This document shows positions 12,376-25,331 of a stretch of 64,000 bases of DNA, piece by piece. Every line of letters starts with the position of its first letter. Position 1 is the first letter of the stretch. The notes under the pieces were generated by a model. The model had not been told where the DNA came from, searched no databases, and saw only the letters and a program-made list of their open reading frames with translations. This DNA is from Eledone cirrhosa (taxonomy: Eukaryota). The stretch is taken from contig OZ024740.1 of assembly GCA_964016885.1 (NCBI GenBank), forward strand, positions 370,450,001 through 370,514,000, read 5' to 3'. Made by a program: the position numbers and the translations under genes.

Positions 12376-14178
12376 TTTTTTTGTGTTCTTTGTACTTAAG
12401 TTCTTAGTGTTTTCGTTTAACCTTCTAGTATTGATCTTTTTTATGTGTTGTTCAAGGTTTAACGCTGTAGAGTATGACAGTCTTATAGTGGTAGGGTTTA
12501 GGATTTTGTGGTATTTGTGTGATGTGGGAAAATGTCTTTTAATTATTTTAAAGAAGAGTACTGGTAAATTTGTACTAATGGAGCTATTGTATTCGGGGTT
12601 ATACCATAAGTACTCTTTGCATCGCTTTCTATTAGTTTTGTTTGTTGGTTTACTGGTGTGCATACTATGGTAGTAAGTGTGGTTTGGTGTTGTGTTATTA
12701 TATCTACCTATGTGGGATTTATTTTGGGTGTTTTGATTGTTCCCATCTATGTACTCTATTTTGTTGAGGTAGCCTGCTTTACTAAGGGCGTTATCGTAGT
12801 ACTCGGCGTGTTCCTTAAATACTTGTATGTTAGAAGATAGACCCGAGATTCTAAGGGAAATATTTTTAGGGATAGATTTAATTATAGAGATGGGGTGGTT
12901 AGACCCAACATTTACGTATTTGAGATTTTCATTCAATTTATGAAACGGTTTAATCAAACCAGAGTTTAAATTGAGTGTGACATCCAGGAAGTTAACTACT
13001 TTAAGGTTGTATTCATATGTTATAGTTAGTCCTATTTCGAGTAGTAGTTTTCTTATATCTTTGCGTAGTTTTTCTAGTTTTTGGTTATTAAGGTTTTTAG
13101 CTAGGAGGAGAACATCGTCGCGGTATATTCCGCCGTGGAGATTGCTGAATTTTTCCTGGAGTCTAAAGGCGATAAATAACCCCACAATATCAGTTATTTC
13201 CGCCGAATCGTTAGAGCCCATTGTTATGTCAAAGTTAGAGGGTCTATCTTTACGTACCCAATAACTGTTCTCAAATTTGACTATAGTTTTCCTAGCTTCT
13301 AATATAATCTTAATTTCATCGTTTGTAAGGTCAGAGTTATCCTTAGCAAACTTAATGGCTCTATTCAAAGTTTCAGGTGATATCGATGAGTAATATTCAT
13401 CGATATCAAACTGGATAAACTTAGATTTATTCTTATTGCTAATGCTATTAAACCATTTTATTGCTTCTTGGGTCTTCCCCCAGAGTTTAATGTTAACCTT
13501 AGCCTTAATTTGGGGGATGATTCTATCTAAGATATATTTGCTTATTTTACCTATATCTGATTTAGAGGGGCAGATTAATCTAATTTTAGGGTCATTATCA
13601 AAGTTTACCTTGTGGTCCTTAAGATTGAAGGTGGGTACCGCCGGTAAGAGTGGTCCTGTCCTATCTTCGATTCCGAGATTTTTCACTATTTCGCATGCCT
13701 CATCATTGATGTGCTTAAGGGTTACTTCACTCGTTTTTCTATATTTTTTATGTAATTCTTTTCGAATGAAGTTGTTGTATGTAGTGCAATCAATAGTGTA
13801 CAGGTTTGATGTTTTGTCCGCTTTTACTACAATTCCTTTGGTGTTTTTAAGGTCGTCCAGTAGTTTTTTTATATCTTTCTGTAATTTGCTGTTGGTGTTG
13901 CGTCCTTTGAATTTAATTTTAAGGATTAAGTTCATAAGGTCCTGCTCAAATGCATCTAATAGTGGGTTGGTGGGTGGGTTTTTACAAGTCCTAAAACCGA
14001 ATTTGTTGTGTACACCACTTTCTAATGTTGAGTTCATACGGCTTCTATCATAGTGGAGCGTTTTCCACCTGACACGTCGAATGAATTCATTAGTTTTTTG
14101 AATCATGCTCAATAAATATTCCTTTCTACCCTGGGTTGGTATGTTTTTGAGTGACATATCCAGGTAGTGTTTTTCCAT
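12343..14178 (-). CDS. PLE reverse transcriptase (611 aa before frameshift)
   Basis: Motifs SLKNIP, KADKT, RLICP, QFDIDEYYSSI, ITMGSNDSAEITDIVG, GIYRDD, VNFLDVTL, SNHP, WYNP. Confidence 0.93.
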   Translation of the reverse strand: MEKHYLDMSLKNIPTQGRKEYLLSMIQKTNEFIRRVRWKTLHYDRSRMNSTLESGVHNKFGFRTCKNPPTNPLLDAFEQDLMNLILKIKFKGRNTNSKLQKDIKKLLDDLKNTKGIVVKADKTSNLYTIDCTTYNNFIRKELHKKYRKTSEVTLKHINDEACEIVKNLGIEDRTGPLLPAVPTFNLKDHKVNFDNDPKIRLICPSKSDIGKISKYILDRIIPQIKAKVNIKLWGKTQEAIKWFNSISNKNKSKFIQFDIDEYYSSISPETLNRAIKFAKDNSDLTNDEIKIILEARKTIVKFENSYWVRKDRPSNFDITMGSNDSAEITDIVGLFIAFRLQEKFSNLHGGIYRDDVLLLAKNLNNQKLEKLRKDIRKLLLEIGLTITYEYNLKVVNFLDVTLNLNSGLIKPFHKLNENLKYVNVGSNHPISIIKSIPKNISLRISGLSSNIQVFKEHAEYYDNALSKAGYLNKIEYIDGNNQNTQNKSHIGRYNNTTPNHTYYHSMHTSKPTNKTNRKRCKEYLWYNPEYNSSISTNLPVLFFKIIKRHFPTSHKYHKILNPTTIRLSYSTALNLEQHIKKINTRRLNENTKNLSTKNTKKNSRQYTTEHK

Positions 14179-14228
14179 TGTTGTGGTTGCGTTTGCTGTG
14201 TGGGTTGCTCGACTTTACAGGAGGTAAA

Positions 14229-14356
14229 TATACAGTATTTTCCGTTGTGTTGTAATATAAATATTACACACAGTAGATTATCAGCTCACGTAGCTCTACG
14301 TGAGCTGATAATCTACTGTGTGTAATATTTATATTACAACACAACGGAAAATACTG

Positions 14357-14360
<4 letters not shown>
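14229..14360. repeat. Perfect hairpin, 65-bp arms with 2-nt loop, 50 bp upstream of the PLE start codon
   Basis: tatacagtattttcc...ctcacgtag-ct-ctacgtgag...ggaaaatactgtata. Confidence 0.95.
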
Positions 14361-14394
<34 letters not shown>

Positions 14395-14456
14395 AATATA
14401 TATTTATCCTTATCGAGCCCTCTTTGGATTTTAGTCTTGAAATGTATTATTATTAC

Positions 14457-14492
<36 letters not shown>

Positions 14493-14664
14493 ACGAAGGA
14501 AATGTGGTAAGGAACCAGGTGGACCATAACGCACCAAAGTACTCAATACTTAGTGTAGTAGAGTGGGTAATAGGAACCAGTAAGACCCCGACGGCTGAGC
14601 TCAAGCTGTTTCGACGGCTAATTCTCGAAACGGCTTGAGCTCAGCCGTCGGGGTCTTACTGGTT

Positions 14665-14668
<4 letters not shown>
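14493..14668 (-). mobile_element. PLE pLTR fragment with fold-back (same family as 20747-21185)
   Basis: Near-identical to 20747-20880; ~14570-14622 is inverted at 14626-14668; contains the 3' half of an HHR (gtc GAAA c..gccg TC gggg). Confidence 0.7.
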
Positions 14669-14738
<70 letters not shown>

Positions 14739-14823
14739 GAAAAATTGAACAGGGACAGAACAGAGAGGCAGTACGACAAATGTTTATTAAATTCACGCTC
14801 AGGAGAGTGGGGGGTAGGTGGGG

Positions 14824-14860
14824 GACGACGTTTCGGGCATAAGCCCTTCTTCAGGTGAGA
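14824..14860 (-). ncRNA. Minimal hammerhead motif in the Neptune pLTR
   Basis: Minus: tctcac-CTGAAGA-agggc ttat gccc-GAAA-cg-TC; stem I pairing is poor. Confidence 0.6.
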
Positions 14861-16197
14861 GTTCAAAAGGTGTGTAGGGGAGTGGTGGAGAGACATATAG
14901 CGAAAGGAAACGGTGCGAATGAAAAATTAACAAATAAAGACAAAATTATAATAAATAATAAATAAAAATAAAGCATGATCAAAATACAAGGAATGAGAAC
15001 ATTTAAAAATAAAGGCATGATCAAAATAAACTGAAATTAAAAGGGGGGTAAACAGGTGGTGGAAGGGTGTGGGGTGAGTAGAGGTGGTGGCGAGTGGAGT
15101 GGGGAGAGGGAGACGGGGTGTCCGAGCGGGGAGGGCTGAAGGTGGTGTGTGTGGTTAGGTGTGCGTGTGTGTGTGTGTGTGTGTGTATGTGAAAGTGAGG
15201 GTTGGAGGAAGAACGGGGTTGCATGTTCAGGAAGGTGTGTGTGGGGGGTGTTTTTGTGTGTCGGAGGGTCTGTGCGTGTGTGGATAGGGGGGTGGGGGGA
15301 GAGTAATCAGGGGGCTGAGGGTGTAAATATGTGGTGGGAAGCACGTGTGTGTGGTTTAAGCGTGTTGTGGGTGTGGGTGGCGTGTGGATAAAAAAAATTG
15401 TTTTGGGATGTGTGTGTGGGTGAGTTATATAGGTGATGGTGTAAGACGATGGTTGAAAGTGGTAAGTTACACGGATGTATGGAGATTTTGGTTGGAAGTC
15501 AAAACGCGTGTGGGTAATCCAAGAAGCGGTGGTCGGAAGAGGAGAGATATGGGGTGCGCGCGCAACAGGAAGTGGTCAGCAGTGGAAGTGCTGTGGTCAG
15601 TTGGTGCTGAGACAGTGGTCGGAAGGGCATAGCAGCAGTCAGCGGAATGGTAGGGAGGCGAGGATGGGTAGGTGTGAGAGATGGAGTGAGGAGGGTGTGT
15701 GTGTGTGTGTGTGTATTAGTAGGGGTGTTAGTGGGATGAGTGAGTGTGGAGTGGGGAGAGAAGGGGGTGTGTGGTTCTATGGAGGGAGTGTGGTGTACTG
15801 GTGTGTGTGTAGTTTGGTGAGGAGGTGTTAGTGGGTGTTAGTAGACGGGAGGTGGGGAGGGGTGGAATGCAGGTGTGAGTGGGGGTTAGTGGGGGTAGGG
15901 TGTGTAGAGTTGGTGGTGTACGAGGGTGTGTGGGTACGTGTGCGTGGGGTTGGAGGGTGTTAGTGATGTTAGTTGCGTGTGGGGTGGGTGGTGTAAGTGT
16001 GTGCGTGTGATAAGGAGGGGGGAGGAGGAGAAGAGGGGAGGGAAGGGATGTTAGTATGTTAGTTGGGGAAGGGTGGTCAGATGAGGGGTGGAGTGGAGTG
16101 GAGGTGTTAGTATTGTTAGTGTGGGGTGGGCGGTGAAAAGGAGGGGTGTGTTAGTGGTGTTAGTGGGGGATAAGTGGGGGAGGGGGGCGGTCGAACG

Positions 16198-17645
<1,448 letters not shown>

Positions 17646-17722
17646 CATATATACATATATATATATATAAATTAATAAAATAATGAATAAACAAAGAAGC
17701 AGTTCCTTATTTTAAAAAAATT

Positions 17723-17862
17723 CATCATTTTACGATCGTTTCTAGGATATATATGTGTTAGAGTTGGTATGCATATTCTATAGATCTATGTACAATATTT
17801 ATACAAACTATCAGAGGGAATATACATACCTACACATATATATGCTGTCTTCAGAAATAATG
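17723..17862 (-). ncRNA. Type I hammerhead with ~105-nt stem II region in a pLTR fragment (~17680-18500); same family as 40890 and 47838
   Basis: Minus: cattattt-CTGAAGA-cagc atatatatgtgt...acacatatatat ccta-GAAA-cgatcg-TA-aaatgatg. Confidence 0.72.
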
Positions 17863-18602
17863 ATATTTGTTTATTGAAAAAAACAAAGATTCAATACAAT
17901 AGGTCTGTTTGGGAACAGGTTTTGAATTGACCAATAGAGAGATAGTGAGGGTCAAGATAATAATATAGTTGTAGAAGAACCTTAAATTATGGGTAGAGGA
18001 AGGTAGATTTCAGTTTTGGATGGAAAAGAATATTATGAATGAAGGATTATTTTAGGGAAGAAATAGGTCTTATGCTGACCTCAGAAATAATTTTATTTGT
18101 TCATTGAATAAAACCAACAAAGATCTAATATATTCTGTCTGTTTGGTAAGAGGTTTAGAATTAACCAGTAGAAAGTTAATAATTGGCCAAATGGTAAAAT
18201 AGTAGTAATTGAAGCTTATTTTAGGGGTGAAAATAGGTCAGGTGGTCAGTAAAAGGTATACAAGCAGTTGCTGTTATAAAATAGTAATGCCAATACAAAT
18301 ATCTAAGGTGAATAAAGTTTTACAATAAGAATGTTAGTGAAAAAAATACATCTATGAAAAGAATATAAATTAATTTAATTGATGGGTATATTTATATTGA
18401 TAAAATTATACTAATACATATAGATATGATAAATAAGAGTTAGATGCAGTTGAAAAGTGGTGTTAAAGATGAGGGGAAATTAAAAGAGTATAAAAATAAT
18501 ATATATATATACTTATATATATATATATATATATACATATATATACACATACACACACACATATACACACATATATATATATACACACATATATATATAT
18601 AT

Positions 18603-18644
<42 letters not shown>

Positions 18645-18647
<3 letters not shown>

Positions 18648-20062
18648 CTCCCCCTCCGCCTTTTGGGATTCTTTCTCACGTCGTGTAGACGCGTTCTTGA
18701 GACTAGTAAAATGAGGTATCCTCTTGATAAGTCGGCAGACCTCGCAAGGACTCTATATCTTTGATATATTGTTTTTGTTTATGCCACGAAACTACGTAGT
18801 CGAGGAATTTAGGAACAGTTTAGGTATGATACATTTTATTACTAATTATATCTAAATGTTTCTTCTCTCTTCATAATGTATTTTTAACTCTGATACTGGT
18901 TCAGTCTGGTTCAAACTGAATTGGTCTGTCCCAGTCATTCATTGAGCAACATCGGTGAAGTTGGCACCCTTAACTCACAGTTGGGTGCGGATGCATTCAT
19001 GTATATATGTGTGTGTCCGCATATATCTGTGTGTTTCTAAATATATTAATAACTCCCTCTGGTCGAGCAATCTTTGATGTATGGGGACAACTGGAAAGCT
19101 TCCATTACTCATACTTCTCGCCTTCTTCACTACCTCTTCTACGGCCTCGATATGAATACCCCCTCCGCCTCTGTGGTATTTTCTTCGTGGTTATAAGAGG
19201 CTTAGCTCTGTTTCTCGACCGTTATATCGCGTGACTATCTCCCCCTCCGCCTTTTGGGATTCTTTCTCACGTCGTGTAGACGCGTTCTTGAGACTAGTAA
19301 AATGAGGTATCCTCTTGATAAGTCGGCAGACCTCGCAAGGACTCTATATCTTTGATATATTGTTTTTGTTTATGCCACGAAACTACGTAGTCGAGGAATT
19401 TAGGAACAGTTTAGGTATGATACATTTTATTACTAATTATATCTAAATGTTTCTTCTCTCTTCATAATGTATTTTTAACTCTGATACTGGTTCAGTCTGG
19501 TTCAAACTGAATTGGTCTGTCCCAGTCATTCATTGAGCAACATCGGTGAAGTTGGCACCCTTAACTCACAGTTGGGTGCGGATGCATTCATGTATATATG
19601 TGTGTGTCCGCATATATCTGTGTGTTTCTAAATATATTAATAACTCCCTCTGGTCGAGCAATCTTTGATGTATGGGGACAACTGGAAAGCTTCCATTACT
19701 CATACTTCTCGCCTTCTTCACTACCTCTTCTACGGCCTCGATATGAATACCCCCTCCGCCTCTGTGGTATTTTCTTCGTGGTTATAAGAGGCTTAGCTCT
19801 GTTTCTCGACCGTTATATCGCGTGACTATCTCCCCCTCCGCCTTTTGGGATTCTTTCTCACGTCGTGTAGACGCGTTCTTGAGACTAGTAAAATGAGGTA
19901 TCCTCTTGATAAGTCGGCAGACCTCGCAAGGACTCTATATCTTTGATATATTGTTTTTGTTTATGCCACGAAACTACGTAGTCGAGGAATTTAGGAACAG
20001 TTTAGGTATGATACATTTTATTACTAATTATATCTAAATGTTTCTTCTCTCTTCATAATGTA
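18645..20062 (+). mobile_element. Retrozyme-like tandem array, 2.4 x 591 bp, one HHR per unit
   Basis: Units start at 18645, 19236, 19827 and look identical; non-coding; flanked by (TA)n. Confidence 0.85.
18719..18806 (+). ncRNA. Type I hammerhead, U3:A8 variant (copies at 19310-19397 and 19901-19988)
   Basis: tcctc-TTGATAA-gtcggca...tgccac-GAAA-ctacgtag-TC-gagga. Confidence 0.75.
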
Positions 20063-20310
20063 TATATATATATATATATATACATATACATGCATATATA
20101 CATACATACATATATATATATACACACACATACACATTTACATATACATATAATTATTGGGGGGGAGGGGAATTAAATTTATTAGTGAGAAATAATAAAT
20201 ATATATAGTTTTCAAGGAACATAGAGTCATAACCTGAAGTTAAATCATTATATATGTTTACTTAATGGTATCAGTTTTAGGAAATGATAGTTGTAAGAAG
20301 GAAAGCGAAA

Positions 20311-20531
20311 TTATGTAGTTCATCATTAGTAGAATATTAATTATAGGTTAACTAAATTAAAAATAGTTTATATATTAATTTCTAAAGTGTATATTAATTA
20401 GGTTTATAATATTTAAAGCAGAATTATGTAGTTCATCAGTAGTAGAATATTAATTATAGGTTAATTAAATTAAAAATAGTTTATATATTAATTTCTAAAG
20501 TGTATATTAATTAGGTTTATAATATTTAAAG
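20311..20531 (+). repeat. Tandem duplication, 2 x ~113 bp
   Basis: ttatgtagttcatc..tagtagaatattaattatagg at 20311 and 20424. Confidence 0.85.
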
Positions 20532-20658
20532 GTTTTTCTCAGTTTCTGATTACACGATATTATTAATTCCTGTCACTTATTTAATAGGATATCCTTAGAT
20601 TTCATTATTTCAACATACATACATATATATATATATACATATATATACATATATATAA

Positions 20659-20746
<88 letters not shown>

Positions 20747-20748
<2 letters not shown>

Positions 20749-21180
20749 CGAAGGAAATGTGGTAAGGAACCAGGTGGACCATAACGCACCAAAGTACTCA
20801 ATACTTGGGGTAGTAGAGTGGGTAATAGGAACCAGTAAGACCCCGACGGCTGAGCTCAAGCCGTTTCGACGGCTAATTCTGGACCTTACCACATTTCCTT
20901 CGTTATCTAGCTCCTACTCCCGTAGTAGAGCACTTTCCGACCCTACCACGCCGTATCCAGACTTTTCCGCTAAGCTCAATTTATTTTACCCGCACCATGC
21001 GAAAACACAACATTGACTTCTCTACCAAGAACATCCCAATCCCACCGAAAAAACTTTACCTTCGGATGCTCACGCAAAAAATCGATCTACTTGCGAAAAG
21101 ACTTAGATGGAGAACTTTTTAAAAGGTCCAGAATTAGCCGTCGAAGCGGCTTGAGCTCAGCTGTCGGGGTCTTACTGGTT

Positions 21181-21185
<5 letters not shown>
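20747..21185 (+). mobile_element. Mini-PLE: inverted pLTR, 5' UTR, first 41 codons of a PLE ORF (20997-21122), pLTR fragment
   Basis: [41 protein letters not shown] aligns with MEKHYLDMSLKNIPTQGRKEYLLSMIQKTNEFIRRVRWKT at 14178. Confidence 0.8.
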
Positions 21186-21263
<78 letters not shown>

Positions 21264-21540
21264 ATATATATATACATATATACAAGCAAATTATAAATGT
21301 AAACATGTAAGTATGTTTTTGAAACGGTGCGCGAGTTTGAAAATTAGAAATTAGAGATTATAAGGTTTCACCGTATTTTAGACTAAAGAAATTTCTAGCC
21401 TGATAGTGGGGTTTATAACCCTCGGAGAAATGGAAAAAAATGAGTGTTGCCGACATATATATATATGACTATATATATATTTATATATATATATATATAT
21501 AAGTATGTATATATGTATACGTATATATATATATTTATAC

Positions 21541-21575
<35 letters not shown>

Positions 21576-21599
21576 TATACATGTATATATATATATGTG

Positions 21600-21638
<39 letters not shown>

Positions 21639-21640
<2 letters not shown>

Positions 21641-22248
21641 TGGCTGCCAACTCGTTTTCGAGTACGGCCACTACTTTATATCCATGTAGGAGGACCCCTA
21701 CCGATGCGCTGAACGAGTGTGACTTTTCAGTCCGGCCAGCGACTTGAAAACTTTGGTACAAACACTACACATGTGACAATTATTGACACATAGTGCTGGG
21801 CCCATGGTACCATGTGACGACAAGTGCAGAGAGATCTCCAGATATAAAGCAATGCCTGTGCCATGAAGTTTTTATAGTGAGCAAAGGCACTGCACAAAGC
21901 CAGTCCCACTCTCTTAACCAAGATGATATTTACCAAAAAGAAGAACAAGTCAACATCATTGGATATCATCAGGGTTGCAGCTGTGATATCAGAGTTTTCC
22001 TTCTCCTAGAATTCTGCCTTGACAAAAGCTAAGGGGTCATCTTTCCCGGTGATTTTGGATGGCCATTGACTCTTAAGAGCTCATTTGCCCTTTGACAGGT
22101 TTTGTTTTTAGTCCTGCAGGATGTCCAAAGTCACCCTCCTCACCAAGAAACCTTGGTGGGGTTGCCAGTTTAGTCGCCAACGACCCGACCATGGGACAGG
22201 TTGTACTGGGATACATGTTACCAGTAGCACCAACTGGTAACGTGACAT
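21639..22248 (-). mobile_element. Non-autonomous bipartite RTE-derived element (~610 bp)
   Basis: RTE-5'UTR-like block (ctaggagaaggaaaactctg) joined to the RTE ORF end encoding a C2H2-like knuckle ([16 protein letters not shown]) and a 3' tail ending in microsatellite; three long copies. Confidence 0.75.
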
Positions 22249-22249
22249 A

Positions 22250-22684
22250 AGTATATACACACATACATACATATATACATATACACACATACATACATAC
22301 ATACATATACACACATACATACATACATATACACACATACATATACACATATACACACACACATACATATACACACACACATATATATATATATACACAT
22401 ACACATACATATACATACACATATACATATATATACACATATACACACATATACACATATATACATACATATATACACACATATACATACACATATATAC
22501 ATATACACATATATATATATACACATATATACACATACACATATATATATATACACATATATATATATACACATATATACATATACATATATATATATAC
22601 ATATATACATATACATATATATACATATACACATACATACATATACATATATATATATATACATATATATATATACATATATAT

Positions 22685-22729
<45 letters not shown>

Positions 22730-23000
22730 CATACATATACATATATATACATATACATATATACATATACATATATACATACATATACATATATATACAT
22801 ATATATATACATATACATATACATACATATATACATACATATACATATATACATACATACACACATACATATACACATATACATACATATACATATACAT
22901 ATATACACATACATATTTATACATATACATATATACATATACACACATATATATACATATATATACACATACATACATATATATATATACATATATATAC

Positions 23001-23045
<45 letters not shown>

Positions 23046-23095
23046 TGCATATACATACACATACACACATACACACATATATATATATATGTATA

Positions 23096-23126
<31 letters not shown>

Positions 23127-23135
23127 ATATATATA
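22250..23135. repeat. Compound (CATA/TA/CA)n microsatellite; representative of many such tracts (e.g. 510-760, 1915-2140, 10513-10735, 28835-29280, 41630-42400, 45530-46850)
   Basis: Directly visible. Confidence 0.97.
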
Positions 23136-23936
23136 ATTAAGTTAAAAATGTACATCCACATATGTATACTGAAATACTAGTATGCATATGAATACACACA
23201 CGTGTACATATGTAGATGTACCGAGTTTTCACTGGTCACTTTACTGTGAGTGTCCAGCTATTCTGTATGTAAACACACAGACAAACCGGTTCTTAGAGTC
23301 ATACTGGTTTTTGAGGAAACAGCTTTCCTCTATTCTCCAGAAAGCCAGACAATATATATATATATGAAAACAAGCAGAAAGAGACGATGATGAGGAAGAA
23401 ACATTTTCTTTTTCCTTTTTTTGTCTCTCTCTCTCTCTTTTCTGGGTTAGAAAATGATTGAAACGAAATGGTGTGAAAAAGATGAGTATTGACGTACATG
23501 GGAGTCGAACCCACATCTTTGGTTATCGCGAGTTTAAATGGCAAGTAAGTATGTTTTGAAACAGTGAGCCTGTTTGAAATTAGAAAATAGAGTAGCTTTC
23601 ACCGTATTTTTGACTGTTTCAAAGCATACTTACTTGCCATTTAAACTCGCTAAGAATGTAGCTTCTAATTTGAATGGAAAGAGATGGGTGATGTTTTGGT
23701 GTAATGGTAGCACAGTGGTCGCGATAACCAAAGATGTGGGTCGTCTCCCATGTACGTCAATACTCATCTTTTTCCATTTATCTGAGGGTTCTAGACCCCA
23801 TTATCAGGCTAAAATTCCTTTAGTCAAAAATACGGTGAAAGTTATTCTATTTTGGTTTTAAGTTTTTAAGTTTTTACCGGTTGCGCATTTCTAAATGCTT
23901 TTCAAAAATAATTTTGAGATAGAGTGTCCGTGTTGT

Positions 23937-24107
23937 TACATGGACACACTAGAAGAGGAAGACCAAGGTTAACGTATGTTGATGCCCTAAGGACAGACAC
24001 TGGTCTGTTGGAGATGCAGGACATGGCAGCGATAATGAGGGACAGAGACCGCTGGAGAGAACTCGTCCATGGATCTCGGGAATTTTACCCGCCTTAGATA
24101 GATAGAT
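23937..24107 (+). mobile_element. RTE-clade LINE extreme 3' fragment with (TAGA)n tail
   Basis: [33 protein letters not shown]; near-identical to 51873-52035 inverted. Confidence 0.8.
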
Positions 24108-24760
24108 GTATGTATGATGGCGTGTTTGTGTATGTGTGTGTGTATGTATGTTTATTTCCCTTTATTATGTCTATCTAGTGATCTTACTTTTTCTCGACTA
24201 TTAATAATATGTTACGTGCATTATAAACTTTAAAATATAACAAGTGTTTTTGATATCATTTTGACATTTCTTTCTATTGGCTCATCAAATTCCATGAAAC
24301 AATGTATCACATCAAAATAAGAAAATCGTATTTTATTGAGAAAAAATATATTTAAGGAATTTTAAAATCGAACAGACGTGTTTCTTCTACAGTAGCTTTC
24401 AGTGTTGACGAAAATACATTACTTTGTCATTAGTTTAATGTTTCGTTTATATACTTAATTTTTGCAAATACGATCGTTGTAAATTCTAATGTTTTAAAGT
24501 TTCATATACTATTTCATTTATATTTTCTACTACTGGCTTTCAACATTGGACTGCTGCCATTCTGGGACATCACCTTCAACAGGTTTAGTTAATCATATCA
24601 TGTCTGGTGCTTAGTTCAATGTAGTACTTATTTTGACAATCTATATTTATCTAAATGCTAAGTTACGCTTTGACACAAAGAGACACAGCAGCGGTTTCCA
24701 GCAGTAAACTGAACAGAAACCTGGACACGCATATTCTTACTGACACACGCACACACACTA

Positions 24761-24871
<111 letters not shown>

Positions 24872-25331
24872 TATATACATTAGTTAAGCAAAACAAGACC
24901 ACAGATTTCACAAGGAAGACATTATTAAAAAATTGTCAACATATTTTAGTTTGATGTAAGGAATGTAGAGAATAATAATAATAATATTAATAATGATAAT
25001 AATGTCCGTTTACAATTGTTTCGCTACTCCATATAATATTTCTGAATCAAATGATTATATATAATTAATGATCTGGTTCAGTTGAAAATAATTAACATAG
25101 CTAGAAATAGAGCAGCTCATCGGAACTTCAAAAGGAATATAAATTAAAATAAGGAAAGAATGTTACATAAATGTAATGTTCTATATGTTGGTATTTCACT
25201 ATGGTGTCCTGGGTATGTCAGTTGTCTGCCATAGTAGAGCAGTATTCTTCTGTCGGGGCTGCATTGTGTGAGATCTGCCTATGGGTAACAAGATGGCCGC
25301 CAATGGACATATTTACCTTACTAATTAGAGC

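Larger units (their letters stand above)
10740..14360 (-). mobile_element. Near full-length Penelope-like retroelement (Hydra-like clade)
   Basis: RT ORF, GIY-YIG EN, 3' UTR with HHR and 5' terminal hairpin; flanked by (TA)n. Confidence 0.9.

Noticed and set aside
13436-14053. 205-aa plus-strand ORF and similar antisense ORFs over PLE RTs
   Set aside because: Shadow frames of the RT with no independent motifs
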